From an uncultured Verrucomicrobiae bacterium (GTDB taxonomy: Bacteria > Verrucomicrobiota > Verrucomicrobiia > Opitutales > JABDGR01): a stretch of 64,000 nucleotides of DNA. The translations under genes and the position numbers were made by a program. Below the pieces are notes generated by a model. The model saw only the letters and a program-made list of their open reading frames with translations, had not been told where the DNA came from and ran no database searches. Of the stretch, positions 42,121 through 56,539 are shown piece by piece (the stretch's first letter is position 1; each line of letters opens with the position of its first letter). Location: positions 672,001 to 736,000 of the forward strand of contig CAVXVB010000009.1 of assembly GCA_963765205.1 (NCBI GenBank), read 5' to 3'.

Positions 42121-43740
42121 ATGCCCAAGAAGAAAATCCTCCTCGTCGCCAATGGCGACCAGCGCCAGTCCGCCAACGAAGTCTGCTGGCCCGCCCAGCA
42201 GGCGATGGAACAGGCCCTCACCACCGCTCTCGCCCGCCTCGGCTACGACCTCGTCCGCGCCCACCCCTTCGACCCCGCGCGCCAGCACGGCTTCATCCAA
42301 TCCCAAAAGGAGGGCATGACCGTCTTTGCCGGCCTCAACCCCCGCACGCCCCTCATCGTGGCCGAGGCCGTCTGGCAATACTCGCACCACATCCTCCCCG
42401 GCCTCATTTCCCACCGCGGGCCGATTCTCACCGTCGCCAACTGGAGCGGCACCTGGCCCGGCCTCGTCGGCATGTTGAACCTCAACGGCTCCCTCACCAA
42501 GGCCGGCGTCAAATACTCGACCCTCTGGAGCGAGGACTTCACCGACGCAAAATTCCTCGCCCACCTCGCCACCTGGCTCAAGACCGGCGTCGTCCGCCAT
42601 AAAACCACCCACGTCCATCCCATCGCGCGCTGCCGCGTCCCCGGCCGCGCCCGCGCCGTCGCCAAAATTCTCGCCGCCCGGCTCCGCCGCGAAAAAGCCA
42701 TCATGGGCGTCTTCGACGAGGGCTGCATGGGCATGTATAACGCCATCATCCCCGACGAGCTTCTTTTCCAAACCGGCGTATATAAGGAACGCCTCTCCCA
42801 ATCCGCCCTCTATTACGCCACCACCCAGGTGCCCGATGAGGAAGCCCGCGCCGTTTACAATTGGCTCCTCGGGGCCGGCATGAAGTTCCACCTCGGCCCC
42901 AACGAAGCCACCGACCTCACCGAAAACCAGGTCCTCGCCCAGTGCAAAATGTATGTCGCCGCCCTCCGCCTCGCCGATGAATTCGGCTGCGACCTTATCG
43001 GCATCCAATACCAGCAGGGGCTGAAGGACCTCCTCCCCGCGTCCGACCTCGTCGAAGGCCTCCTCAACAACCGCGACCGCCCGCCCGTCGCCAATGCCGC
43101 CGGCAAAATCATTCTCCCCCGCGAGCCCCTCATTCATTTCAACGAAGTGGACGAATGTGCCGGCCTCGACGCGCTCCTCACCAACCGCGTCCACTACGCC
43201 ACCGGCCACCCCCGCGAAACCACCCTCCACGACCTCCGCTGGGGCGATTGGGACCAAAGCGGCACCACTGGCGACTACGTCTGGGTCTTTCTCATCTCCG
43301 GCAGCGCCCCCCCCGCCCACCATGTCGGCGGCTACCGGGGGACGGACTCGATGCGCCAGCCCCCCATGTATTTCCGCCTCGGCGGCGGCACCGTCCGCGG
43401 CATCGCCCATCCCGGCGAAATCGTCTGGAGCCGCATCTTCATCGAACGCGGCAAACTCAAGATGGACCTCGGCCGCGCCAAAGTCATCGCCCTCCCGCCG
43501 GAGGAAACCGACCGCCGCTGGAAAGCGACCACGGTGCAATGGCCCATCATGCACGCCGTGACATACGGCGTCACCCGCGACCAAATGATGGCCCGCCACA
43601 AAGCCAACCACATCCAAGTCGCCTACGGCGGCTCCGCCATCGGCGCCGACTATGCCCTCATCGTCAAAGCCGCCCTCGCCGAGGAATTAGGGATGGAAGT
43701 TTGCATCTGCGGGACGAAGGCGGACGGGAAGCCGTTTTGA
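42121..43740 (+). CDS. L-fucose/L-arabinose isomerase-like protein
   Basis: [60 protein letters not shown]. Confidence 0.8.
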   Translation: MPKKKILLVANGDQRQSANEVCWPAQQAMEQALTTALARLGYDLVRAHPFDPARQHGFIQSQKEGMTVFAGLNPRTPLIVAEAVWQYSHHILPGLISHRGPILTVANWSGTWPGLVGMLNLNGSLTKAGVKYSTLWSEDFTDAKFLAHLATWLKTGVVRHKTTHVHPIARCRVPGRARAVAKILAARLRREKAIMGVFDEGCMGMYNAIIPDELLFQTGVYKERLSQSALYYATTQVPDEEARAVYNWLLGAGMKFHLGPNEATDLTENQVLAQCKMYVAALRLADEFGCDLIGIQYQQGLKDLLPASDLVEGLLNNRDRPPVANAAGKIILPREPLIHFNEVDECAGLDALLTNRVHYATGHPRETTLHDLRWGDWDQSGTTGDYVWVFLISGSAPPAHHVGGYRGTDSMRQPPMYFRLGGGTVRGIAHPGEIVWSRIFIERGKLKMDLGRAKVIALPPEETDRRWKATTVQWPIMHAVTYGVTRDQMMARHKANHIQVAYGGSAIGADYALIVKAALAEELGMEVCICGTKADGKPF

Positions 43741-43777
43741 GGGATGAGTGATTGGATGATTCGAGGAATTGCTTCTG

Positions 43778-43853
43778 TCGTAGCGCGGTGCTTCAGCCCG
43801 CGCTCTACGCCATATTATCGAAAAGAAGCGCGGGCTGAAGCACCGCGCTACGA
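43778..43853. repeat. GTAG-type REP doublet (inverted)
   Basis: tcgtagcgcggtgcttcagcccgcgct ... agcgcgggctgaagcaccgcgctacga, perfect inverted arms. Confidence 0.9.
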
Positions 43854-43871
43854 AATACCACCACCCAACAT

Positions 43872-44102
43872 TCACACCGCGTGCAATTCCCGCACATGCG
43901 CAATATCCCGCTTCGTAATCGGGCGAATCTGCGCCGGCAACAACGTCGAAATCGACACCGTCTGTCCGGCCAGGGTCATAAACTCCACCGTGTAACCCGC
44001 CCCGCCCTGATGCACATGCACGACCGTCCCGATGTCGCCGGCTTGCAAACCTTCGCTCGGCAACTCCTGCATCAACACCACGCAATCATGCTCTTTGATC
44101 AT
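43872..44102 (-). CDS. DUF4926 protein
   Basis: IKEHDCVVL..ELP..GL.AGDIGTVVHV....YTVEF. Confidence 0.85.
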   Translation of the reverse strand: MIKEHDCVVLMQELPSEGLQAGDIGTVVHVHQGGAGYTVEFMTLAGQTVSISTLLPAQIRPITKRDIAHVRELHAV

Positions 44103-44443
44103 GTTATTTCCTCCACAGGATAGGCGGTAATCAGCCGCGGTGCAAGCTGTCCTTTGTCCACCTGCCAGACCGTCCGAATGTGCGGATTTCGTCCATCCGG
44201 CGTCGGGAGCTTGCCCTCGACCTCGTAACGCGGGCCAAATGGCGTTTCCGTCCGCACGGTGACTTCATACTGCTGTCCATGCTCTTGAAGCGCCCTCGCC
44301 AAAACCTCCCAAAACTCCAATTTGAAGCCGAATCCATGAAAAAATTGCGCCTTGCTGGCTCCATACTGATGCGCCATATCCAACAGGTAATCCACAATCT
44401 TTCCCTGTTCCACCACGGCAAGATGGGCATTCGGCAGCTTCAT
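44099..44443 (-). CDS. DUF6883-like protein (putative toxin partner of DUF4926)
   Basis: MKLPNA..A.V...KI.DYLL...H..G.SKA.FF...PRLITAYP; ATGA overlap with DUF4926. Confidence 0.8.
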   Translation of the reverse strand: MKLPNAHLAVVEQGKIVDYLLDMAHQYGASKAQFFHGFGFKLEFWEVLARALQEHGQQYEVTVRTETPFGPRYEVEGKLPTPDGRNPHIRTVWQVDKGQLAPRLITAYPVEEIT

Positions 44444-44665
44444 CACCCGGGTTATGCTAAAACCACCACCCGGCTCAACCCTGCAAATAAGGCTCACGCG
44501 CCACACCGACCCAACCAATCAGACAACCAAGGCAATCTTAACTTCGCCCATCGCTATGAATCAAAATTTCAGCCCTTCCTCCAAAAACTCAGGTAAAAAG
44601 GTGCAGCCTGACCCCTTGCCCCTCTCTCATGTCATCTTTCGGGCCCTCTAGCCCTTTCTCTGGAT

Positions 44666-45385
44666 CTAATCAAGCTGATGTTCGTGTAGGTTCGTTTTGA
44701 TAGTAAGTCGAGCATGGAAATCTTTTTCGAACTTTTCTTTCAAAACTTGAAATTTCGATTGGGTGCTTGGGCTTTCTGTTGTAATAATATAACAATAAAT
44801 ACGATTATTCGCCGCTGCGATTCTAAATTGAGGAATGGTGGACTCCAACTGCCTTAAAGCGTGAGTAACATCTTTGCCTTTTATCTCAACATAGTGTTCT
44901 ACATCGCGCCAATCGATAACCAGGTAGTCGCATAATTTGCATGAGCCATCCTGTAGGGTTTCACGCAACTTCTTGCAATTGTCAATTAGGTAGCGAATGA
45001 CTGTATGTCTCCCGGGATTGTGGAAAATAATCCTACGGCCGTTTTCCTCGCAAACAATTCTTAAACCATTTCTAATCGCTGGCGAAGAATAACCGCTTGA
45101 TGAAACGACTGCCCTATTTGAAAGGCTCGGCATGTCATTCATCTTTGCCCATAATTGCTCTACATGGGTTGAATCCAGCGGTCTTTTGTGCGCTTTGACT
45201 TCGATGCCGCTATACGCGCTAATCCTTTTGTCCTGCTCTCGCTTGGTAACCGTCACGTCAATATCTCGTTCTTCTTCGGCAGTGGAATCGTGAACCATTG
45301 AACCTAATTCCACCTCCACGTCATCCGGGCTGGAAGACACGGTCAAAAGTCCAACAAGGTAGTGGATGTCGGTTGGAGTTAGCAT
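44666..45385 (-). CDS. Restriction-endonuclease-like protein, apparently two PD-(D/E)xK modules
   Basis: RDIDV...GIEVKAHKRPL...VEQL...VVSSSGYS (Mrr-like), then CDYL...YVEIKG.D..HA..QL..T; low GC. Confidence 0.65.
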   Translation of the reverse strand: MLTPTDIHYLVGLLTVSSSPDDVEVELGSMVHDSTAEEERDIDVTVTKREQDKRISAYSGIEVKAHKRPLDSTHVEQLWAKMNDMPSLSNRAVVSSSGYSSPAIRNGLRIVCEENGRRIIFHNPGRHTVIRYLIDNCKKLRETLQDGSCKLCDYLVIDWRDVEHYVEIKGKDVTHALRQLESTIPQFRIAAANNRIYCYIITTESPSTQSKFQVLKEKFEKDFHARLTIKTNLHEHQLD

Positions 45386-45456
45386 TTGGAGGCCTCTGCT
45401 CTATGTATGATTTTATTTGCGCTTCCAGTCAAGCTGTGTAAGTTAACCCCATCACA

Positions 45457-47718
<2,262 letters not shown>

Positions 47719-47981
47719 ACTTGCGCGAAATTCGATGCGTAGAGCATGTGGTCGAGAAATCTGATTATCTCTTGACGAAGTCTTGAACTAGGTTTACTAA
47801 GTTAGTTCATCTCTATAACCTCTAAAATGCCGCTAACACCCCTTAATTCAAAAAGTAGTGCAAATATGTAATTAGCTGCCCACACAACAGAATGCCCACA
47901 GAACGAATAACGGAGTTATCCCCTTCACAACCGTAAATTAAGGCTAGACTCTGCCTCAAAATCGGGGCAGGCTCAAGGTTT

Positions 47982-48775
47982 ATGGCACGCAAGTATCTTC
48001 ACGTCATTAAGGACGCCATCAATTTTTATCTTCGCTGTCTTAAATGGGCATCGAGCGGCGCATGGGGGGCCATTGGCGTGCTAACTACCCTATTCCCTAT
48101 CGGCTGTGCCGTGCTTGCGAGTATTGGTGCGCCATCAGAGACTGTAGATTGGTTGAATAAAATTGGCGGATGGGAGTTTCCCGCCATTGTTGGCGGCGTC
48201 TTTTTATTAATCCGATTCATATACGGGCCTTACAAGTTTTATGATGAAGAAACTCATAAAGTTGCCGAGCTTAAAGAATACATACGTCCAAAAGTTTTTC
48301 TTGAATGCCACAAACTTATTCCTGGCTGTGTTGTTGAAACGATGTTCGATAGGACTTCGGATGGTAAAAGATACCAATCCGGGTGCCAGCCTTTTTACTG
48401 GACGAGCTTTTAAAGGTTAGAAATGAGCTTGCAGCACTTACTAAAACGACAGGCGGGAACGAACAAGAGCGTGTTTTCAATTTGATGAACGGACGCATTG
48501 CTGCTCAATTGAATTTTTATGACTATCTAGCCAAAAAAGTCGGGCCTACTTTTCTTTTTTCACCACAATTTATTCCAGCTGGTCGATCATTTTACGCCCA
48601 ATTCGAAAAGGATGTGCTTTCGTTTTTTGAATCGGCTAGTATTGATCCGTTCTTCGCAAGATTCGGTAACGCTAATCGCGATCTTCGACTTATTCGAATT
48701 CCTATATCGGCACGAAACAAACAAAAGATTTTTAGGGAAAAAATAGAAAACACGGCTTTTCAAAACCAATTATAA
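47982..48775 (+). CDS. Low-GC hypothetical membrane-anchored protein (probable frameshift near 48370)
   Basis: Two N-terminal TM segments; adding one A in ggtaaaagata fuses ORFs 47982..48413 and 48383..48775. Confidence 0.5.
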
Positions 48776-51003
48776 CTCCTTCAACTTCCGTTCCAAATCC
48801 GTCCGGCGGCGGGTGGCTTCGGCGCGGCGGACGGCGAGGGTGTAGGCTTCGGGGTCGCCGACGAGGAAGACTTTTTTCCGCCCGCGCGTAAGCGCTGTGT
48901 AGAGGAGATTCCGCTGGAGCATGATGTAATGCTGCTTCAACAGCGGGATGACGACGACGGGAAATTCGCTGCCTTGCGATTTGTGGATGCTGATGGCGTA
49001 GGCGGTTGCCAGGTCGCTGACGGCCGCGCGGTCGAAGTCCACCAGTTCGCCGTCGAAGCGCGCGGCGAGCGTGCCGGCGGCGGGGTTGACGGCCTCGACG
49101 CGCCCGAGGTCGCCGTTGAACAGGCCGAGGTCGTAATTGTTGCGCAACTGGATGACCTTGTCACCGACTTGAAAACGCGTGCCGCCCATTGGGACGCCGC
49201 GCGCGTCGGGGTTGAGCGCGGCTTGCAGCGCGTGGTTCAAATTGGAAATGCCGGCGACGCCCTTGTGCATCGGCGCGAGCACCTGCACGTCCATCACCGG
49301 GTCGAGGCGATACCACCGCGGCAAAAATTCGCGGCACAGGCGCGTAACCATTTCGAGGCACGTCTCCGGCTCGATGGCGCGCAAAAAATGCACGTCGCCG
49401 GTCGGGTCAATTTTCGCGGGGTCGGCGATGGGCGGCGGCGGCGTGGCCACGCCGTGCAGGATGCCGTGCGCGGTGGTGACGATGCCGCTGCGTTCGCCCT
49501 GGCGAAAAATTTTCTCGAGCCGCGTCACGGCGACTTCGCCGCTTGCGATCAAATCCTTCAGCACGTGGCCCGCGCCGACGGACGGCAACTGGTGCGCGTC
49601 GCCGACGAGCAGCACATGGGCCTTCGGCGGCACGGCGCGCAGCAACGCCGCCGCGAGCCGCGCGTCGAGCATCGAGGATTCGTCCACCACCAAAAAATCG
49701 CACTCGAGCGGGTTGCCCGCGTTGACCGTGAAACCGTTTTTCGCCGCGTCGAATTTCAGCAGGCGGTGAATCGTGCGCGCCTGCCCGCCAGCGGCCTCGC
49801 CGAGGCGCTGGGTGGCGCGGCCTGTTGGCGCGGCGAGCAGCAGGCGCGCTTTTTTCGCGCGCAGGATGTCGGCCAGCGCACGCAGGATGGTCGTCTTGCC
49901 GGTGCCGGGGCCGCCGGTGAGGACGGAAAATTTTTCCTTGAGCGCAGCGGCCAGGCCCGCGGCCTGCTCGGGCGCGAACGCGAAGCCCGCGCGGTCCTGC
50001 GCCCACGCGATGGCCTTGGTCTCGGCGATGGCCGGCAGCGCCGACGGCGCGTCGCACGCGCGGTGGACGCTTTCGGCGATGGCGCGCTCGGCCTTGTCGT
50101 AAACCGGCAGTTGCAACAGGCCGCCGGGCAGCGCGATAAGCGCGCCGTTGGCGGTCAGTTCCTTGACGCGCGCGGGGAGCAGCAGCGGCGCGACTTCGAG
50201 CATTTCCGCCGCGGTGGCGACGAGTTCCTCGACGGGCCAGCAGGTGTGGCCGTCGCCGGCCAGTTCTTCGAGCGCGTAGAGGAGACCGGCGTCGAGGCGC
50301 GCAGGGCTGTCGTTGCCGAGGCCGAGGTTGCGCGCGATTTTATCGGCTGTCAAAAAGCCGATGCCCGCCACTTCGCGCGCGACGCGGTAGGGGTCTTTTT
50401 CGAGCAGCGTGCGTGCGTTGGCGCCGTATTGCTTGACGAGTTTGACGGAGAGCGAAGTCGTCACGCCATAAGTTTGCAAAAACATCATCACGTCGCGCTC
50501 GCTCTGCTGGGCCTGCCAAGCCTCGCGGATGGATTTGATGCGCTTGGGGCCGATGTCCTCGACCTCGCGCAGGCGCGCCGAGTGCTCGGAAATGACCTTG
50601 AAGGTGTCCGCGCCGAATTTCTCGACGATGCGCTCGGCGATTTTTTTGCTCACGCCCGGCACCAGGCCGCTGCCGAGGTATTTGCGGATGCCGTAAACCG
50701 TCGAGGGCAGGGTGGAGTGGAAGGTGGTGATTTTGAATTGCGGCCCATATTCGGCGTGGCGCGTCCAGGAGCCGGTCAATTCCAGTGTCTCGCCGCACTG
50801 CACGCCCGGCAACTGCCCGGTGATGACGACCGGCGCGGCCCGCCCCGCCGGTTGCAATTCCGCGACGCAGTAGGAATTTTCCTCGTTGAGAAAGATGAAT
50901 TTCTCGACACCCCGGTAATTTTGGCCGGCACGCCCGGCGCATTCGCCGCCGGGCGAACGACGGCGGGCGAAGATGGGGGGGCGTTGCGGAATAACTCGGA
51001 CAT
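48770..51003 (-). CDS. recD2: RecD2-family SF1B helicase (frameshift near 50908)
   Basis: KYLGSGLV, GIGFLTAD, TGGPGTGKTT, DESSM, GDAHQLPSVG, YAISIHKSQGSEF, LLYTALTR. Confidence 0.93.
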
Positions 51004-51057
51004 TTCTGGGGAAAGCATCACCATAATGCCTTCGCGCGGTCCTGACAGCGAAAAAAT

Positions 51058-51657
51058 CTATTCTTCGGCTGGGACCGCAATCTTTTCCTGTCCCTGCCGG
51101 TTAAAAATCAAACTCACCACAACTGCGGCCAGGGCCCCCGCCGCGTGGCTCAAGGGAATGGCCCGCACGGTCGAACCATCGAAACGGGCGAAGATGGTGT
51201 CTCCGGTATAAAACTCCCAAGCTACTTTCACGGCCACCAGCGCGAGAATGATCCACCAAACCGCCCGCTGGGCGTCCGCGCAGCGCAACTCGCCGAGGCA
51301 GGCGAAGACCACACAGGCCGTGGCCATCGCGGAAAGTCCGCCGTAGCGGGCGAGGGTCGGTTCGCCGAGCAACATCAGCAAACTGACGAGAGGCGGGGCG
51401 ATGACCCACAGCCAGCGGCCGCCGCGAAACCCGGCCCGTTCAATCCACGCGCCCGCCAGCGCCGTCGCGAGCAAATCCCAGAACAGATGGCTCACGGAAA
51501 AGTGGACGAGGTGGCCGCTCCATAAACGCCAGATTTCGCCGCGCAGGATGGCTGTGCGATCGTAGGCCAGCGCATCCGCACCGGCCGGCAGGCACCAGAT
51601 GAGCAACACCAGCGCCACCACCAGCGCGGTCGCCCACGGTATGCGGCGCGCATCCAT
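51058..51657 (-). CDS. rrtA: Rhombosortase (rhomboid protease)
   Basis: GEIWRLWSGHLVHFS..H, YGGLSA catalytic Ser, SHAAG catalytic His; adjacent to its target gene. Confidence 0.85.
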   Translation of the reverse strand: MDARRIPWATALVVALVLLIWCLPAGADALAYDRTAILRGEIWRLWSGHLVHFSVSHLFWDLLATALAGAWIERAGFRGGRWLWVIAPPLVSLLMLLGEPTLARYGGLSAMATACVVFACLGELRCADAQRAVWWIILALVAVKVAWEFYTGDTIFARFDGSTVRAIPLSHAAGALAAVVVSLIFNRQGQEKIAVPAEE

Positions 51658-51659
51658 GG

Positions 51660-52520
51660 TTATTTTCGGCGGCGCAGACGGGTCAACGCCAGCCCGGCGA
51701 TGGCCAGGGCGAAGCCGCCGTCCAAGGCGCTCGCGCCGGTGTAGCCGGGCTGGTGTACGATTTGAAAATCCTGCGGCGCGTCCTTCACGCGGGTTTTGAA
51801 ATTATCCAGTTCGGTCTTGAGGTTGGCGATCAAGTCGGTGGTGGCGTCGTTGAAGCCCTTGAGGCTGTCCACGCGCAATTGTTCGGAGAGATTGACCGGG
51901 GTGGAGTGGGCTTTGACCTCGCTGGTGCCCGGCGCGCGGAAGAGCAATTTGCGGCTGTGGATGTCATAGACCACGGCCTCCATGAGAGTGTCCGTGTCGT
52001 TTTTCTCGCCCTGCACGACGTAGGCACCGACAATCGTCCAATATGCAATCGACAGCACGCCTTCGTTGGTGAATTGGGTCTGGTCGTAGGCGACAAGCGC
52101 GATGACATCCACGCCAAACATATTCTTTATTTGGTCGAGATTGGCAAAGCTGCCATCGGGCCGCAGGTAAGTGGAAGGAATGATCTGGATGCTGCCGACA
52201 TAGGGGAGGGCCTTGAACTCGGCGGCGACGCGCTGGAGCAGGGCAGTCTTGGCGTTTTCGGAAAATGCGGCGGGCGAGTTGTTGTAACCGTTCGCGCGGG
52301 CCGGCGGCACAAAGGCGATGCCCACGCGCAGCGGCAGGCTTAGCACCGGCACGGCCGGGCTATCCACATGTTGCGCCTGGTTTGGATAAAGATACTGCAT
52401 CACGCTAGTAGCCTGGGTGCGGCTCTGATCGCCCCAGATGGCGCACGCGCCGAGCCATAAGGCCGAGCAGGCCAGGAGCAGATCTGAAATTTTCCGGAAC
52501 GGGAGAGCGGGTTTGGTCAT
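51660..52520 (-). CDS. rhlP: Rhombotarget lipoprotein
   Basis: Lipobox LGAC; SVMQYLYP, LPLRVGIAFVP, YWTIVGAY...GEKN, LLFRAPGTS; C-terminal TM helix + RLRRRK. Confidence 0.85.
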   Translation of the reverse strand: MTKPALPFRKISDLLLACSALWLGACAIWGDQSRTQATSVMQYLYPNQAQHVDSPAVPVLSLPLRVGIAFVPPARANGYNNSPAAFSENAKTALLQRVAAEFKALPYVGSIQIIPSTYLRPDGSFANLDQIKNMFGVDVIALVAYDQTQFTNEGVLSIAYWTIVGAYVVQGEKNDTDTLMEAVVYDIHSRKLLFRAPGTSEVKAHSTPVNLSEQLRVDSLKGFNDATTDLIANLKTELDNFKTRVKDAPQDFQIVHQPGYTGASALDGGFALAIAGLALTRLRRRK

Positions 52521-52716
52521 AGAATTTTTGGATTCGTCCTTCCCCTTATCATTCGTCGTGCCAGATAAACCAAGTTTACGCCAGGTGCTTATCCACAAAC
52601 GAGTTAAATAATTTGGAGCCGGGCGGACTCGAACGACCCCCGACAATAAATGCCTGGTGACCGACAGGAAATGGACGGGAATGGATTTTGGTTGGGACGA
52701 CACTCCGCACTGTTCT

Positions 52717-52743
52717 CGGACGCCTCGGAGAGGCGTCCCTACC
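52717..52743. repeat. REP palindrome
   Basis: ggacgcctcggagaggcgtccctacc (GGTAG-type on the minus strand). Confidence 0.7.
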
Positions 52744-52872
52744 GCGTTGCAAAAATGCTCATGGGGTCACTGCCATGGCCCACGACCCGACAAAATGAAG
52801 GTTGCGGGAACCACTACTAGACAATTAAGAATCAGGCTCGGTCATTGCTTGGTTTTTGAAAGGTTTTACCCC

Positions 52873-55756
52873 ATGAAAACTTGCTTTTGGAAGAACGCCG
52901 GCTTGGCGGCCGGTTTGTCATTGCTCGGCGTCACCGCGTTGCTATGGTCGCCGGCCTCGGCGCAAAACGCTGCTCCAACCGCGACCGCCACCACAACTTC
53001 ATCAGCGACGACTGCGCCCGCGGCAGGCACGGCCACGGGGGGCCGGGGCCGTGGGCGCGGCAACGCGGTGTCCGCCACGCCGACGCTGGGCCTCGAGGAG
53101 GGTTTGCTCGAATTCGACACGCCCGACTTTAATTTGAAGCTGGTCAAGGCGTCGCAGACTATCGCCGCGTTGCAGCCCAAGGGCGCGGATGGTTTTGATT
53201 TCACGCCCGCCGACCGGCTCACCTATCGCGCCAGCAACGGTTTTAATTCGCTGGGCGACCTCACCTTGCGCGTGCGCGCGGGCGACGTTGGGCCGTGGAC
53301 CAATTACGCCACCAGCACCGCGCGCCAGCCGGTCACGCCGCTCGACGTGGCCGCGCCCACGCTCGCCGCCGCCGACTTGTCGCCAACGCTGCCGGCGGAC
53401 TGCCCGTTGCAAATCACGCGCACCTGGCTGCTCGACAACGGGCGGCTGGCGGTGCGCTTTGACCTCAAGAACAAGACCGCCGGCCCGGTGCAAATCGGCG
53501 CGCTCGGTCTGCCGATGATTTTTAATAATATGCTCACCCGCGCGCCCGCGGCGAACGACCGCACGCTGGCCCAAATGGAGACGGGCTGCTCGTTCTACGA
53601 CCCGGCCATTAACGAGGACGGCGGCTATGTGCAGGTGACGCGCCTCAACGGCCACGGCCCGGCGCTGCTCGTCGTGCCCGAGGGCCGCACGCCGTTCGAG
53701 GCCTGGCGCATCCTCAATGAGCCGAACGGGCCGAACGGCATGTTTGGGCGCGGCAACCCTTACGAAGGCTCGTTCGAGTGGATGGTTCACTCGCAGGCTT
53801 ACGCCGAAAATGAATGGCAGGGCGTCCAGGAATGGAACCCGGCCACGTTGGCGACGCTCGCGCCCGGCGAAATCAAATCCTACGGCCTGAAATTTCTCGT
53901 CGCGCCGGAACTGCGTGACATTGACCAAACCCTGCAAGCAAACAACCGCCCGGTCGCCGTCGGCATCCCCGGCTACATCCTGCCGATGGATTTGAATGGG
54001 AAGTTGTTTTTAAATTATCCGCACAAAATCACGTCCATTCAAACCGATCCGGCCAATGCGATCAGCGTCGTCCAAAACGCGCCGACGAAAAACGGCTGGA
54101 AGGACTTGACGCTGCACGGCCAGACCTGGGGCCGCGTGCGCCTGAGCATCACCTACGACGACGGCGCGACGCAGGCCATCAGCTATTATGTCATCAAGCC
54201 CGGCGCGCAGGCCGTGGCCGACTTGGGCAATTTTTATTTCACCAAGCAGTGGTTTGTGGATCCCACCGATCCCTTCGGCCGCAGCCCGTCGGTTATGACT
54301 TACGACCGCGCACATAACCGCATCGTCACCCAGGACGCCCGCGCGTGGGAGGCGGGTTTGAGCGACGAGGGCGGCGCCGGCTCGTGGCTCGCCGCCGCGA
54401 TGAAGGAATCCGGCCAGCCCAACCCGGACGAACTTGCGAAATACCAGCAGTTCATTGACGGCGTGCTCTGGGGCAACATTCAATACAAGGACGGCGATTT
54501 GCAATACGGCGTGAAGAAAAGCGTTTTCTACCACGACCCCGCCGTGCTGCCCGATTTTCCCTATGACCCGAAGATCAACTGGGGTTCGTGGACGAGTTGG
54601 AACCAGCGCGACGCCTCGGTCCGTCACCCGCGCCTATGATTACGCGCACGTCGTCGCCGCGTATTGGGCGATGTATCACGTCGCGCGCAATGACCCCGGC
54701 CTGGTCACCAACCACGGCTGGGACTGGTATCTCAACCAGGCGTTCTTGACGGCCTATTACCTCGGCACGCACCCGCGCATCGGCAATGCCAACGACGGCC
54801 TCATGGACGGCACGATTTTCCTGCTCGTGTTGCAGGATTTGACGCGCGAAAACTGGCCCGACCAAACGGCGCTTCTTGAGGCGCAATTGAAGGCCCACGC
54901 GGATGACTGGGCGGCGCGCGCGCTGCCCTTCGGCAGCGAAATGGCTTGGGACTCGACCGGCCAGGAGGAGGTCTATGGAATCACAAAATACTTTGGCTAT
55001 GACGACCAGGCGCAGATCACGCTCGATTCGATTCTCGGCTACATGCCCTCCATCCCGCACTGGGGCTACAACGGCAACGCCCGGCGGTTTTGGGACTTTT
55101 TTTACGGCGGCGCGCCCGGCGGCAGCAGCGAGCGCCAGCTCCACCACTACGGCTCCGGCCTCAACGCCATCCCGGTGCTCTCCGCCTACCGCGACCACCC
55201 GGATGATTATTACCTGCTGCGCGTCGGCTACGGCGGCGCGATGGGCGGCCTGAGCAACATTGACCAGGAGGGCTTTGCCGGCACCGCCTTCCATTCCTTT
55301 CCCAATCACATGGCGTGGGACACTTACTCCGGCGACTACGGCCCCAACTTTTTCGGCGTCGCCACCAACGCCGCGACCTATGTCATCAACCACCCCGAAT
55401 TCGGCTGGCAGGCCTTCGGCGGCAACGTGCAGACGGACGGCGACTGGGTCAAGGTGCAGACGCTCGACTGCTTCCGCCAGCGCGTCTATATCGCCCCGCG
55501 CGGCCTCTGGGTCACGCTCGACGCCGGCACTTTCGACCACGTCGAGATCAACACGCAGACCCACGCCGTGCGCCTCGCCCTGGCCCCCGCGGCCCCACAC
55601 GCCCCGCAGGCCTATTTACGCATCGAACAACCCGCAAAAATTGACGGGATCGGCGCCTACCGCCCCGCCCAAAAATTCCCCCTCGACCACCAGGCCTTTG
55701 CCGTGCCGTTGGGGAAAGATCTGACAATGGTGGATTTGACTGACGTGGCGTTGTAG
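52873..55756 (+). CDS. DUF5695-family secreted protein (frameshift near 54620)
   Basis: Signal peptide; AGLSDEGGAGSWL, RAYDYAHV, PFGSEMAWDSTGQEEVY, WGYNGNARR, YSGDYGP. Confidence 0.8.
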
Positions 55757-55844
55757 GTCATACTAGATGCATTTCGTGATAAGCAATGAATGCATTTGAT
55801 TTGGGATTGTATATTTGAAAAATCCATAAAGACCTCATGTTTTT

Positions 55845-56141
55845 TTAATGTAAGCCCCTTGCTATGGCAGAACAGGCTGCATAAAGAAGAAGCCATGCGC
55901 CAACACTTCCGACAAACATTCCGCAGCCAAATTTTCTAGTCGAAGGAGTAACGACTAGACAAACGGCCAAAATCGGAACTGCATATAAAATGAAATATAT
56001 ATAGTCCTGAAGCAAATGGTCTTGGATATGGCCGTTAATCATCATCCAAAGAATGACTGGCTGGATAAAAACGAAGGCCATCCCGGCAAAAAACCAGAGA
56101 TTGCTTTGCTTTTTAGGCTCTATATCACCAAGGGGATTCAT
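55845..56141 (-). CDS. Small low-GC membrane protein
   Basis: Three hydrophobic segments. Confidence 0.55.
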   Translation of the reverse strand: MNPLGDIEPKKQSNLWFFAGMAFVFIQPVILWMMINGHIQDHLLQDYIYFILYAVPILAVCLVVTPSTRKFGCGMFVGSVGAWLLLYAACSAIARGLH

Positions 56142-56150
56142 AGCGTTAAA

Positions 56151-56411
56151 TTATGTTTGCCTACTTAATCTCCCCGCAATTAGAGCCAGTTTCTTTGTCC
56201 GCCGCCAGCTTTTGATTTCATGTTCGCGCCGGAGGGCGCTGCCGCGCGTGCGCCGGCGCTCGCTATAGACCAGGACGACGGGCCGGCGGGTCTTGGTATA
56301 GCGCGCGCCCTGTTTGGCGTGGTTGTGCTGCCGCAGCCGCCGCGGCAGGTCATTCGTGCAGCCGACATACAGCGTCCGGTCGGCGCATTCCAGGATGTAG
56401 ACGAAATACAT
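56151..56411 (-). CDS. GIY-YIG nuclease (YhbQ/UPF0213-like)
   Basis: [21 protein letters not shown]...GARYT..RRPV. Confidence 0.9.
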   Translation of the reverse strand: MYFVYILECADRTLYVGCTNDLPRRLRQHNHAKQGARYTKTRRPVVLVYSERRRTRGSALRREHEIKSWRRTKKLALIAGRLSRQT

Positions 56412-56492
56412 GGCGGGGTAGGGTGGTGCGATGGTTGGGCTCGGGCTAAGTTCGTCCAATGACCATTATTCCCCCATCGTGTCGGGAAAACC

Positions 56493-56521
56493 TTGACGCC
56501 GCCCCGGCCCTTTTTTAAAGT
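56493..56521 (+). promoter_or_regulatory. sigma70 promoter of tRNA-Gln
   Basis: TTGACG-17 nt-TAAAGT. Confidence 0.7.
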
Positions 56522-56539
56522 CATCGTTTCCCTTTTTAC

